Positions 1 to 13,159 of a stretch of 64,000 nt of DNA are shown here, piece by piece. The notes under the pieces were generated by a model, which ran no database searches, was not told the DNA's origin, and was given only the letters and a program-made list of their open reading frames with translations. Position 1 is the first letter of the stretch; each line of letters begins with the position of its first letter. Made by a program: the position numbers and the translations under genes. Source of the DNA: Azolla caroliniana (Eukaryota; Plantae; Polypodiophyta); assembly GCA_043228905.1 (NCBI GenBank), contig JBHGNT010000012.1:6014001-6078000 (forward strand), read 5' to 3'.

Positions 1-1932
1 AGGTTAGAAACCATCCACTCATTTATTGTAACCTCTCAAAGCAGATCCAGCTCCAGGAAACAACCCCTATACGTGCTTCATTTGGCTAGACGACATTTGA
101 GAGGACCAGTCAGCTCCGTCCCTCTCATCATCATAGTCACTCAAAGCAGGATTGGCCTGGATAATCGACACAAAATTTGTGATCGACTTCGTGAAATCGG
201 CATCGGAATTGAATCAACAGATTCGATTGTCCAAATCGGGAAGCCGATTCGACTTGGGTTCGAATCCGGTAGTAGAACGATATCGGGTGAGCTAGTCGGT
301 TGCATCCCACCAGTGTGAACTACGAACAGAGTCTAACAAGTAGACACAGATGGCATCAACATCCGGCTCATCAGAGATGAGTCTAAGGAAGTTCGACGGA
401 TCGAACTTCAACTTCTGGAAGGAGCAGATGCAAGACTATCTAATAGTCAAGGGTCAGATAGATCCAATCGAGAACGAAAACCCTCTAGAAGGAATCAAGC
501 TGGATGAGTGGACGAAACTCGATAGAATTGTCTGAGCCACCATTTGGATGCACCTGTCAGAGTCACTGTACTTCACAGTGGAATTGTGTTCAACAGCCTT
601 TGAACTATGGAAGACATTGTCAGACACTTATGAGAAGAAGGTAGCCGTCACAAAGATATGTCTAAATCAATGCCTTTACAACCTTCGGATGAAAGAATCT
701 GACTCGGTCTAGACACACTTGAATGAGTATGAAAACTTAAGCTCCCAGATTTCGGCTCAGGGGACGACAATTGAAGATGAACTGAGAGCAATGTTGCTCA
801 TGAATAATGACCCCCCTTCGTGGGAAACTTTCGTGACAACTATGTGCGATGCTTCTATTGCCGTTGTGAAGTACTCTGAAGTTACGAGCGCAATACTGAC
901 TAAAGTAGCCCGGAGGAAATCATTTGCAAAAGACTCGACAGATGAAGCTTATATAGTACAAGGTTCAACCGACCGATCGAAAAGTCGAGGAAGAAGTTCT
1001 TCCTGACAGCCGAACAATCAGTGAAGTCGGAGCAAGTCCCAGGACAATTGAATCTGCAACTATTACAAGAAACCCAGGCACATCAAAGCCGATTGTTGTG
1101 CACTCAAAGCCAAGAAAGATAAGGCTCAACGAGCTGATCAAAAGAGTGGCTGGCATGAAGAGGTCAATTACGTCGGCTCTTCAACCGAAGTAGTGTCGAA
1201 TGACCCAAACATACTATCCATTTAAAACCTAGTTGAATCAGAAGTTCTACTTACGACAGAGGAATTGAGCACATGGCTCTTGGATTCGGGTGCATCCTAC
1301 CATGTGACTCCTCATAGATCCCAGTTTCGGCAATATTTGGCCTAACACTGTGACTCAGTATGAGTCAGAAATTCGCAACACTGCGCTATTATGGGAATCG
1401 GCATTGTAGAACTCAATCTCCCAGGTGGTTCTACATTAGTACTACACAATGTCTAACATGTACCTGATCTCTCAAGCCATTTGATCTCAGTCAAACAATT
1501 GGATAAAGATGACATCCATGCCTTCTTCTCATCAAGAGGGTAAACACTTCACAAGGGGAACCTCCTACTTGCTTGAGGACTGAAAGTACATTCTCTGTAC
1601 TCGTTGTACGTCACACTCAGAGAGGGTGACTTGTTCTTGGTTGATATCCCTTTCAGACGTAGTGTTCAATGAGTCAGTTATGCACAAGACGGCCGAAAGG
1701 CCTATTGAAGTCTGATGGGTAACTTTTTCATATGTGTCAACTCTTCACGAAGGCCCAACCCATAACATGAGGTCGGCTTCATGGGTGGCTGAATCCTCTA
1801 GCACCAACTTGGCAGTCCGACTCGGCACAACCGAACGATTCGGCTTTGGACCATCCGACTCTAACACCCGATGCCATCAGTCCAGTCATACCTCCAGGAT
1901 CCTAAAGATTGTCACAACCCCAGGAGAGGTAC
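1..1932 (+). mobile_element. Ty1/Copia retrotransposon A, left part (degenerate gag-protease-integrase), interrupted by element B
   Basis: Copia Gag N-terminus at 350 (KFDGSNFNFWKEQMQDYL), zinc-knuckle remnant ~1050-1100, protease WLLDSGASYH ~1274-1300; many stops and an internal deletion. Frame resumes after the TSD at 12876. Confidence 0.85.
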
Positions 1933-2224
1933 TGTAAAGAAGGAAAGACGTAGGTGGTGCTATGAAACGAAAGAGAATTGTGTGTGTGTGTGTGTGTGAG
2001 TACACGTAAGGCAAGAGAAAGAGAGAGAGAGAGAGCTTGAGCAAGAAGCTATATTAGTAAAAATAGAATTACATCCAACAATAACTAAGTTACAAAAGGT
2101 TGATTTAAATACCAATTGATCTAGGGCAAATGCCCTTTCTACTAATTACAAATCTAGCCTAGTATGATGTCCACTGGCTAGTGTGAACACCGTCTCTATG
2201 GGAAGTTGCGTTCAATTCTCAACA
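1933..2224 (-). repeat. 3' LTR of Copia B
   Basis: Direct repeat of 12571-12870; adjacent to PPT; numerous substitutions between the copies suggest an old insertion. Confidence 0.93.
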
Positions 2225-2701
2225 CGCCCCTTCAAACACAACTTAAAACTTCGATTCTACTGAATCAGCTTCGACTTTCGAGTTGTTTCGGTTGTTCGAC
2301 TTTCAACTGCTTGATTACTTCATGCTCCTTGTTCGGCTCTTGTCTCGCTTGTTATCGTACTTTGACTCCTTTGGTCGGCTTCGATAGACTGATCGGCTGC
2401 TGCTCAACATCGACGATTACTGTTGTTTTTCGGTACTCCCCCTCAAGCGTGCCTGGTTAATAATCGAGAGACTAAAGTTTGTCGCGAACTGTCGCAACTT
2501 GTCGATCCCCAGGGCTTTTGTGAAGATGTCGACTACCTCTAGATTCGTGTTGATGTGTTGTAAATCGACATCTCCAACCTGAACACGCTCTTAGATTAAA
2601 TGATAGTGCACTTTGATATGTTTAGTCCACATGTGGTGTTGGGAAACAGGTCCCTCCGGATGGGAAGGAAGAAGATCAGTGACGATGAACAAACCCGGTG
2701 A

Positions 2702-3079
2702 AGACCGGATGAGGAGTACCTGGCTACAAAGAGCCGGATGATACAGACCTGGTGTGAACCGGATGAGGAGTACCCGGCTACGGAGAGCTAGATGGTGCAG
2801 GCCCGGTATGAACCGGATGAGGAGTACCCGGCTACGAAGAGTCGGATGATACAGACCCGGTGTGAACCGGATGAGGAGTACCCGGCTACGGAGAGCCGGA
2901 TGGTGCAGGCCCGGTGTGAACCGGATGAGGAGTACCCGGCTACGCAGAGCCGGATGGTGCAGGCCCGGTATGAACCGGATGAGGAGTACCCGGCTACGGA
3001 GAGCCGGATGGTGCACGCTCGGTATGAACCGGATGAGGAGTACCCGGCTACGGAGAGCCGGATGGTGTAGGCCCGGTAT
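2702..3079 (+). repeat. 54-bp tandem array, 7 units, in U3 of Copia C 5' LTR
   Basis: Unit GAACCGGATGAGGAGTACCCGGCTACGGAGAGCCGGATGGTGCAGGCCCGGTAT with two unit variants. Confidence 0.95.
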
Positions 3080-3543
3080 GAACCGGAGGAAGAGACATAT
3101 TCGTAAATATGTTTCTGAGAGCCCATTGTGGCTATATTTGTAAATAGTCGAAAAGTCATATTAGTATAAATATGACTTAGGGCAAACTAATATTATGTTG
3201 TTGTCAATTTTCTGTATTACATGAGATTAGTGTGCGTAACGTTGTACAGAGAGAGAGAGAGAAAGAGGTTGTTGCCTCTGTTGTAACCGCCGCCTGTGGC
3301 GAAGAGCGTGAGTTCGAGCTCGTTGCCTCCGTGAACTCACTGTTTTGTACATTCATACATAGTGACAGTTTGCAGTCTGTGGGTTGCCGTGGTTTTTCCC
3401 CTAGTTTGGGGTTTTCCACATAAACCTCCTGTGTACCATTTCTCTTCTTTGTGTCGCGTTTCATTACCTGTTTTTTCTGTGTATGAAAAGAATCTCGGTT
3501 GTGGCCGAGTCTTGCGCATAAGGAACGTTGGGTTCCTGTCAAG

Positions 3544-3555
3544 TGGTATCAGAGC
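3544..3555 (+). promoter_or_regulatory. Primer-binding site (initiator Met tRNA) of Copia C
   Basis: TGGTATCAGAGC 2 nt after the LTR end. Confidence 0.95.
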
Positions 3556-3571
3556 GAAATCGACACAGAAA

Positions 3572-6500
3572 ATGGACGAATCGTTTGGCGGCATGTTCAG
3601 GCTCACCAGCTCCAACTATTCAGTGTGGAAGTCGAAGATGAGGGACATGCTCGTGGTTAAAGACCTCTGGCTGCCGGTTCAGTTCGGGGACAAGAGACCG
3701 GACAAAATCGACGCCGCGATATGGGAGGTGATGCACATGAAGACAACGGCATACGTACGGTGCTTCATCGACATGAGCCTATACAACAACTTCAATGAAG
3801 AGAGCAAGGCTCATGAGCTCTGGGAGAAGATCGGCATAATGTTCCAAAACAAAAATGTTGTTAACCAGGTTTCGGTATTCCGGAAGCTAGTAAGACTCCG
3901 GTACCAAGATGGCTCCAGCATGGCGGAGCACATGAATGCCTTCCAGGGGCAGATCCACCAGGAAACGTCATTGGAAGTACCTCTTGCCGACGAGGTACTA
4001 GCGCTACTCCTGCTCGGTTCCCTCCCGGATAGCTGGGAGACGTTGGTTGTCACTTTGGGCAACGCCGGGCCGGAAGGAAAGCGGTTATCCCTAGCAAGAG
4101 TAAAGTCGAGCTTGCTAGATGAGGAGGCGCGTCGGAAAGATAAAGATACGAGCTCCGACTCCAAAGCGCTCCTTACCGAATCGGAACGCGGAAGACATAG
4201 AAACCGTAGTCCCCAGAACCGGGAGAAGTCGGGGACACGGTCAAAGTCAAGGGGGAGACCTACTTGCTTCTATTGCGGCAAGCGGGACACTTCCAAAAGA
4301 ACTGTCGGCATTTCCGTAAAGACAAAGAAACCGACGGTACCGATTCGAAGTGAACCCCAGACCGGAACAGTAAAGACCGGAAGGGCACGGACCGGAAGGG
4401 AACGACGGCAATCGCGCCAAGTGAAGAAGAGTTGATGCTCATCACCGAGGAGTGTGAGATAAACCTTGCCGGCGACGAGATGACCTGGGTGATCACGGAC
4501 CGGAAATGCTTCTCATCCTACTCAGCCGGTGATCACGGCTGTGTCCGGATGGGGAACGAAGGTACATGCCGAATTGTCGGCATAGGAGACGTGTGGCTGA
4601 CAACACCAACCGGATGCAAGTTGCTACTGAAGGATGTCCGACACGTTCCGGAAGTTCATCTGAACCTGATATCAGCCGGTCGGCTAGATGATGAAGGCTA
4701 CACGGGTAGTATCCGGAATGGTGTCATGAAGTTCAGCAAAGGGAGCCTGATTGTGGCTCGGGCCCGGAAGGTAAACACATTGTACCTGATGAATGCCCGG
4801 TTATGTCCAGAAGAAGTGAACGTGGCATCCGACACTACCGGTGAGTTGTGGCACAAGAGGCTGTGTCATATGAGCGAGAAGGGGATGAAGAGGCTTGCAG
4901 ACGACAACCTCATTCCAGTGAAGAACGTGCACTTAGAGAAGTGCACTGATTGTCTGGCCGGTAAGCAGAACCGGACCTCTTTCCAACCAAGGCCACCGAT
5001 GAGACGTAATGCACCACTGGAGTTGGTACATACCGATGTGTGTCAAGTAGACACGAAGTCACATGCCGGAGCGCAGTACTTCATGACGTTCATAGATGAC
5101 CACACCCGGAAGCTGTGGGCCACACCGCTGAAGACGAAGGATCAGGTGTTATCTGTCTTCAAAGAGCTCCACGCGAGAGTGGAAAGAGAAACCGGCCGGA
5201 AGCTGAAGGAGGTTCGAGCAGACAACGGAGGAGAATACCGGGGGCAGTTCGAGGAGTACTGCCGCTCGAAGGGAATCCGGCTCGAATTTACCGTGCCGAA
5301 GACGCCGGAACTAAACGGGCTGGCCGAGAGGATGAACCAGACCATAATGGAGAGGGTCTGGAGTATGCTAGCGCATGCAAACCTACCCAAGAAGTTTTGG
5401 GCTGAGGCATTGTCGACGACGACATACGTGATAAACAGATCACCCTCAGTACCCTTGGACGGAGACACGCCACAGAGAGTGTGTACCGGTAAGGACGTGT
5501 CCTACCGGCATCTGAAGGTGTTCGGGTGTCTCGCTTACGTGCATGTAGCTAAGGACCGGAGAGGTAAGTTAGATCCGAAGACCCGGCCATGCATATTCCT
5601 CGGTTATGGTGACGATGAGTTCGGCTACCGAGTGTGGGACCCGGTCGACAAGAAGGTATTCCGGAGTCGAGATATTATCTTCATGGAGGACAAGACGCTC
5701 GCCGACTGGGAGTCGGAGAAGAAGATAATGAACTCTGAGTCGACCGGTAAGGATAGACTCTACGATGAGCAGACCCAACCGGCAAGAGACCGGTTAGCAC
5801 TCGAGGAACCAGCAGGTTACGGTGAGGATACCGAACCGGCAGAAGAAGAAGTAGAGGAAGCTGAGACCGGAACCGGCCAAGACCCCAAATCAGATTCGGA
5901 TGAAGAGCAAATGGAGGAGCCGGCTACCGAAGCCCGAAGACGTAGATATCCTCTCAGAGAGAGAAGGGCCCCCCGGAGATTTCCGGATGCAGAGCATGTT
6001 CTGCTGACCGATGAGGGGGAGCCGGAAAGCTTCGAAGAAGTGAAGGAAGACACCCACAGCCGAAAATGGTTAAGTGCCATGCAGGATGAGATGGATTCCC
6101 TGCATGAGAACCATACATACGAATTGGTGGAGTTGCCGAAAGGAAAGCGGGCACTCCGAAAACAAGTGGGTGTACAAGTTGAAACCGGGAGATGCCGGCA
6201 ACCCCCCGAGATACAAAGCCAGGATCGTGGTGAAGGGGTTCCAGCAGAAGAAGGGCGTGAACTTCAACGAGATATTTGCCCTGGTAGTAAAGATGACCTC
6301 CATCCGGACGGTGCTGAGTATAGCAGCAAGCATGAACCTCGAGGTAGAGCAACTGGACGTGAAGACGGCATTCCTTCACGGCGACCTCAAAGAGGAGATC
6401 TACATGCAGCAACCGGAAGGATTTGTGGAGAAAGGGAAGGAGCACGTGGTATGCCGGTTGAAGAAGAGCCTGTACGGACTGAAGCAAGCTCCCCGGCAAT

Positions 6501-7591
6501 GGTACCGGAAGTTCGACTTCTTCATGACCGATCAAGGGTACCACAAGACACAAGCCGATCACTGTGTGTTTGTGAAGAAGTTCGAAGGAGGTGACTTCTT
6601 AATACTCCTCCTATACGTGGATGACATGTTGATCGTCAGACGTGACCAAGTCAAAATACGGATGCTGAAGAAGGCTCTAAACCGGACCTTCTCAATGAAA
6701 GACTTGGGTCCGGCAAGACAGATGTTGGGGATGCACATCATTCGGGACCGGTTAAAGAAGCAACTATGGCTGTCACAGGAGAAGTATGTGACAAAGGTGC
6801 TTCACCGGTTCAACATGTCAGAAGCGAAACCGGTCGGATCGACACTTCCGGCAAACTGCAGGCTATCCGGTAAGCAAAGCCCGAAGACGAAAGCAGAGAA
6901 GGTGGATATGATGAAGATCCCATATGCCTCTGCCGTTGGGAGCTTGATGTACGCAATGGTTTGTACCCGACCAGACATTGGATACGCAGTCGGAGTGGTG
7001 AGCCGGTTTATGAGCAATCCAGGCAAGGAGCACTGGAACGCGGTCAAGTGGATACTCCGGTATTTGAAGGGCACTTCAAATATGTGTCTCCGATTCGGCT
7101 CCGGAAAACCTCAACTGGACGGTTTCACCGATTCGGACATGTCGTCTGATGTGGATACCAGCCAGTCTACATCCGGGTATGTGATGACATATGCAGGGGG
7201 AGTTGTTTCGTGGCAGTCGAGGCTGCAAAAGACGGTTGCATTGTCAACCACAGAGGCGGAGTACATGGCGGCTGTGGAAGCCGGCAAGGAAATATTATGG
7301 ATGAAGGACTTCATCGGAGAGCTCGGTATCCGGCAAGAGGAATACCGACTCTACTGCGACAGTCAAAGTGCCATCCACCTTGCTAAGAATGCGGCCTACC
7401 ATTCCCGGACGAAGCATATCCAGCGGAGGTATCACTGGATCCGGGAAAGAGTAGATGACCAGGAGTTCGCACTGACGAAGATCCACACGACCGAGAACGG
7501 GTCAGATATGCTGACCAAAGTGTTGACACCCGACAAGCTGAACGCATGCCGGAAGAAGATCGGGCTGGTAAGACACCCCATGCCGGAGTGA
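3572..7591 (+). pseudogene. Copia C gag-pol polyprotein, disrupted
   Basis: Gag, CCHC, IN (VHTDV, DNGGEY, NGLAER), RT (YVDDML), RNase H (TDSD) across ORFs 3362-4435, 4432-6594 and 6074-7591; frameshifts ~4285 and ~6160; protease DSG motif deleted ~4490. Confidence 0.93.
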
Positions 7592-7666
7592 AGGGGGAGT
7601 TTGTTGGGAAACAGGTCCCTCCGGATGGGAAGGAAGAAGATCAGTGACGATGAACAAACCCGGTGA

Positions 7667-7987
7667 AGACCGGATGAGGAGTACCTGGCTACGAAGAGCC
7701 GGATGATACAGACCCGGTGTGAACCGGATGAGGAGTACCCGGCTACGGAGAGCCGGATGGTGCAGGCCCGGTATGAACCGGATGAGGAGTACCTGGCTAC
7801 GAAGAGCAGGATGATACAGACCCGGTTTGAACTGGATGAGGAGTACCTGGCTACGGAGAGCCGGATGGTGCAGGCCCGGTATGAACCGAATGAGTACCCG
7901 GCTACGGAGAGCCGGATGGTACAGGCCCGGTATGAACCGGATGAGGAGTACCCGGCTACGGAGAGCCGGATGGTGCAGGCCCGGTAT
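7667..7987 (+). repeat. 54-bp tandem array, 6 units (one of 51 bp), in Copia C 3' LTR
   Basis: Same unit as the 5' array; one unit plus 3 bp fewer explains LTR lengths of 905 vs 848 bp. Confidence 0.95.
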
Positions 7988-10900
7988 GAACCGGAGGAAG
8001 AGACATATTCATAAATATGTTTCTGAGAGCCCATTGTGGCGATATTTGTAAATAGCCGAAAAGTCATATTAGTATAAATATGACTTAGGGCAAACTAATA
8101 TTATGTTGTTGTCAATTTTCTGTATTACATGAGATTAGTGTGCGTAACGTTGTACAGAGAGAGAGACAGAAAGAGGTCGCTGCCTCTGTTGTAACCGCCG
8201 CCTGTGGCGAAGAGCGTGAGTCCGAGGTCGTTGCCTCCGTGAACTCACTGTTTTGTACATTCATACATAGTGATAGTTTGCAGTCTGTGGGCTGCCGTGA
8301 TTTTTCCCCTAGTTTGGGGTTTTCCACGTAAACCTCCTATGTACCATTTCTCTTCTTTGTGTCGCGTTTCATTACATGTTTTTTCTGTGTATGAAAAGAA
8401 TCTCGGTTGTGGCCGAGTCTTGCGCATAAGGAACGTTGGGTTCCTGTCATGTGGAACATGAGGTTCCGAGCCAAGTAGATACTGCTCATGTTGTCGCAAT
8501 ATAGAAGAATTGGATCCTTGATGAGAACGCCTAGATCCTTCAATATGCGCTTCATCCAGACGGCCTCGCATGTGGCGATTGCTGCACACCTGTATTCCGC
8601 CTCTATGCTCGACAGTGCGACTGTTGGCTGCTTTTTGCTGCTCCAGGAGATCGCTCCGCTACCGAGGGGGAAGACGAATCTGGAAGTTGATCGTCTATCG
8701 ACCTTATAGCCGGCCCAATCTGTGCTCGTGTACTCTTCGAGCCGAATGATTGTATCCGACGTGTATATGATGCCGAAGTCCATCGTCCCACGGATGTACC
8801 TAAGTACCCTATTAGCGCAATCGAGATGAATATTTCAAGGAATCTGCATGAATTGGCTAAGTAGGCCGACCGAATAGCTGAAGTTGGGTCCTGTGATGGT
8901 TAGATAGATTAGGCTACCGATCAGTTGACGATACTGAGTTGGTTCTCACTCTTCTATTCCAGAATCAACATCGAGTTTGAGATTTCGATCGAGAAGGGTA
9001 GACACAGGTTTGCACTCTGTCATTCCGAACTTCTAGAGGAAGTTGAGAGATCAATATCCCGACTGTTGTCCGAATTACTTCAATATCGAGGAACTAATGG
9101 AGCTCGTGCATATCTTTCATTTTCGAATCTGCTGGATAGGAATGATTTGACCTTATTGATCTCAGCAAGATCCTTTCCTCCGATGACCAGATCATCCACG
9201 TACATGATGATGACAATAGGGTTGTGCAACTCGTTTCAGATGTATAGGTAGTTGTCTGATTTCGACATTCGGAAGCCGATTTGGTGTAGATACTGGGTGA
9301 TCTTCGAATGTCAAGTACGCGGTGCTTGCTTGAGGCCATATAAAGGCTTCCTGAGTCGGCAGACTGCTTTCGGGTGTTTACTCAATTCGAAACCTGGTGG
9401 TTGAATCATGAAGACTTCCTCTTCTAATTCGCCTTGTAGGAAGACGTTCTTCACATCCATTTGGTGGAGAGGCCACCCGTGTCCAACTGCAAGAGCGATG
9501 CTTGTTCGAACTTTTGTCTTCTTTGCCACTGGGGCAAAGGTCTCCTCATAATCGACTCTGTGCATTTGAGCGTATCCCTTAGCTATGAGTCGTGCCTTGT
9601 AGTGATTTACCGAGCTATCGCCATTGTATTTTACCTTATATATCCATCTACAACCGATCATTTTCTTGTGTGTAGAATGGGGAATGAGATCCCATGTCTT
9701 GTTTTTGCTTAAAGCATGCATTTCTTTATTCATGGCTTCGATCCATCACGGATCCTTAACTGCCTCGGAAAAGCTTTCCGGTTCTTGGACAGTCGCCAAC
9801 TTCATCATAAAGGCACAATGATATGCCATATACTCATCGTAGCTGAATCGGTTAACCAGGTTTTTCTCTCGAGTGGAGCGACGGAGCTTCTCGTTTGCAG
9901 AGTCTAAGGCTTTCTTTACTCCATTCATCTGGATGATTGGGATGTACAAGCCTTCGAACTCACTATCAAGGGAGTGAGTTGACTCATTATCGATTGGATC
10001 TTCGTATTCCGACATCTTGGCCTTCCCGTTGTTGACTTTCAGACTCGGCCGAGATGTGCTTTGGTCACTCGGGGGCTCATGTGGTCCACTAAGCCCTGTC
10101 GTAATCAGAATTTCTTCGAATATGTGTCCAAGTCAAATTTGTCTTCTATCCCTCATTCAGTTGATTCCAGGTCGACTTGAGTCGAAATTGGAGTTGTCTT
10201 TAGGTCGTACTAGGATGCCGACTCATCGAAAACTGCGTCTCGACTTACACAAACTTTTTGGGTAGAAGGATTGTAACATTTGTACCCCTGTTGTTCAAGT
10301 GAGTACCCTACGAGGATACATTTCTTTGACTTTGGGTCGAGCTTTTGTCGCTTCTCATCAAGAATATGCATGTATGCGATCAAGCCGAATATCCGGATAT
10401 GTGACAGATCTGACTTCTTTCCGAAGAACTTCTCATGAGGGGTTACGTCGTGTATCGTAGAGGTTGTACATCTATTCATGAGATAGACGGTTGTGTTAGC
10501 TACTTCTGCCCAATACGATTTCGGCGGGTTCTTCTCGTTCATCATGACCCTTGCCACCTCTACAATGTGCCGATTTTTTCGTTCGGCTACTCCGTTTTGC
10601 TGAGGTGTGTGTCGGCATGAGAATTCTCGTCGAATTCGTACATTTCGGAGGTACGCCATAACATCATCCAAGAAATACTCATTGCCTCCATCTGATCGAA
10701 GGCATCGAACATGCCGACATGTGGCCTTTTCGACTTCATTTTAAACCTTCGGAAGTGTCCGAACACTTCACTCTTCTACCGCATCGAATAGATCTAGACA
10801 TGCCTCGAGAAGTCTTCGATAAACATGACATAGTATCGGCATCCGCCAAATGTGGCTGTCTGTGACAGCCCCCATACATCTGAATGTACAACATCCACGA

Positions 10901-12570
10901 CCCTTGTGCTCACATTCCCTTCTTTTTGGAATGGTAGTTGGTGTTGTTTGCCGAATTGGCAGGCTTCACATACACCCGTAATCTCCTTCTCGGTAAATGT
11001 CGGAAGTCCGATTATGATTCCTTTCGACTACATCCTTTTAAGCTTTTGGAGATTAATGTGGATGATTTGCTTGTGCCACGGTTTCAAGTCGGTTTTGACT
11101 TTCATGCCGTTTGCGAACATGGCGGACTTCACCTCGCTCAACTCGAGGATGAACATTCGGCCTTCTCGACGACCGTGCACTATGATTTGATCGTCCTTTT
11201 AAATGAAGCACCCTTCATTATTGAACCACACTTGCATGCCTTGTTCTACTATCTGGCCGATTGAGACCAAATTTTTCGTGATGGTTGGGACATGCAAGAA
11301 AATTTTGAGGTAGGTTTGTTTCCCATCGTTAACGAATGAGACATTTCTAATGTGCTGAATCGATTGAGTTGTGTCATCTCTGATTTCGACATAGTCGGGC
11401 CGATTGGGCCTTTGTAATTCTTGGAATGAATCTTGATGGGATGACATATGATTGGATGGTCCCGAGTCGACAAAACATTCATTATCTGAAGGAGAGGTGC
11501 TTGTCTCACCTTGTGTCGACATTGAGTGCGCTTAGTGCCTCATCATGAACATTCCACCACAATCGTCGTAGTCGGAATTCGAAGCATTGTTAGTGCGTTG
11601 TCGGCTAGTTGAGGCCGATTCTCGTTGCTTCTTTCAGTACTCCTCTTCGTACTGGCTGAGTTTTCCACAGTACCCGCATTCGATCGGGTTATTGCGTTGG
11701 CTCGGTCCGGTAGGATGGCGCCCCCTTCTGCTGAACTCTCTAGGATTGCTCCTACCATTTTGCCATAGTGTTCTCGGGTCGGTTAACTCTGTCGCCCTCG
11801 ATTGAGTCAACCTCTTTTTCCTCCACTGAATCCTCTTATATCATCCGGCAAGGAGTAGAGCATATGACCATCGGGTGCATTCCTCCTTTGTCGGGCATGA
11901 TTTTCCTCTACCAATAGTATTGACTGAAAGTCGAAAAAGGAAGGTGGATTCTCCTTTGCCAGAATGGCCAATCTAATCATGTCGAATCGAGGTGCCCAAC
12001 CGCCGAGGCATTTTTACAACATCTCATCATCATCGATGATGACGTTGATCAATTCGAGGGCATCGCACAACTCCTTGATCTTCAAGGTATAGCTGGTGAT
12101 CGACATATCCCTCTGTTGCATGTTATTCAACTCCTATCGGATTTGGAGCTTTCGTGCAACCGTATTGGCCGCAAAAATCTTGTTGAGATTTCCCCAATCT
12201 TCTTTCGGTGTTTTCAACTCTCGATATAGCTGAGCATGTGATCATGTATCCATGATGCAAGGCAATACACCACACGGCTTGCGGCCTACTCCCACGTTGG
12301 GTAGTCGGTGTGTGTTGGGTTAGGTTGCATTTCGGGAGTTCCTTCGATATACCTCCATCAACCGTGTCCGACAAGGTATTGATGCATCTTGTATTCCCAA
12401 GATGCAAAGTTTGTCGTGTCGAGCTTTTCCGTAGGAAGAGCGCTTCCCATCTGAGTATTCATGATGTCGATTTCTTTCTCTGTTGCTTGAACCAATTCTG
12501 ACAATCGTCGGTGTTGTGATCACAACACAGTTGAGCGAGTTTGATCAGATAACCACATGCTTTGATAGCA

Positions 12571-12870
12571 TGTAAATAAGGCGAGACGTAGGTGGTGCTA
12601 TGCAACAGAAGCGAACTCTGTGTGTGTGTGTGAGTACATGTAAGGCAAGACAGAGAGAGGGAGAGGGAGAGGGAGAGAGAACTTGAGCAAGAAGCTATAT
12701 TAGTAAAAATAGAATTACATCCAACAGTAATTAAGTTACAAAATGTTGATTTAAATACCAACTAATCTACGGAAAATGCCCTTTCTACTAATTACAAATC
12801 TAGCCTAGTATGATGTCCATTGGCTAGTGTGAATATTATCTCTATGGGAAGTTGATTTCGATTCTCAACA
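12571..12870 (-). repeat. 5' LTR of Copia B
   Basis: Direct repeat of 1933-2224; PBS adjacent on the internal side, TSD GGTAC on the outer side. Confidence 0.93.
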
Positions 12871-12875
12871 GGTAC

Positions 12876-13158
12876 TCTCCTGGAATCTTCTTCACAAACG
12901 CTAGTGAACCCACGTCATATGAAGAAGCATTGGCATCAGCCGATTCGGCTACATTGCGTTTGGCGATGGAATCGAAAATGAACTCCATTCAGGCAAACAA
13001 AACTTGGGACTTGGTCAAACTACCAAAAAATCGACGTGCTCTTCCATGCAAGTGGGTCTACAGATTAAAAGAGACGTCTAATTCGGCCACCCCAAAATTC
13101 AAGTCCAGATCTTTCACGAAGGGTTTTCGACAGCAATATGGAATCGACTTCGGCGACG
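12876..13158 (+). mobile_element. Copia A right part (RT N-terminus), truncated
   Basis: EPTSYEEAL...TWDLVKLP...PCKWVY...KGFRQQYGIDF; continues the frame interrupted at 1932. Confidence 0.85.
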
Positions 13159-13159
13159 T

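Larger units (their letters stand above)
2637..8449 (+). mobile_element. Ty1/Copia retrotransposon C (Tnt1/Tork-like), nested in the RNase H region of B
   Basis: LTRs 2637-3541 and 7602-8449 (TGTTGGG...CTGTCA); TSD TGTGG (2632-2636, 8450-8454); PBS TGGTATCAGAGC 3544-3555; PPT GAAGGGGGAG 7590-7599. Confidence 0.97.
1933..12870 (-). mobile_element. Ty1/Copia retrotransposon B (full-length, degenerate), nested in A
   Basis: TG...CA LTRs 1933-2224 and 12571-12870; TSD GGTAC (1928-1932, 12871-12875); degenerate Met-i PBS 12559-12570; PPT 2225-2235; minus-strand gag, PR (DSG), IN (TPQQNGVAERKNR), RT and RNase H fragments. Confidence 0.95.

Noticed and set aside
130-155. Degenerate PBS and LTR end for Copia A
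   Set aside because: Too many mismatches to TGGTATCAGAGC, and no second LTR in the window to confirm it.
2702-3079. CRISPR-like regular array and 18-aa repeat ORFs (EPDEEYPATESRMVQARY)
   Set aside because: No unique spacers or cas genes; it is a head-to-tail repeat inside both LTRs, and the ORFs arise from a stop-poor 54-bp unit.
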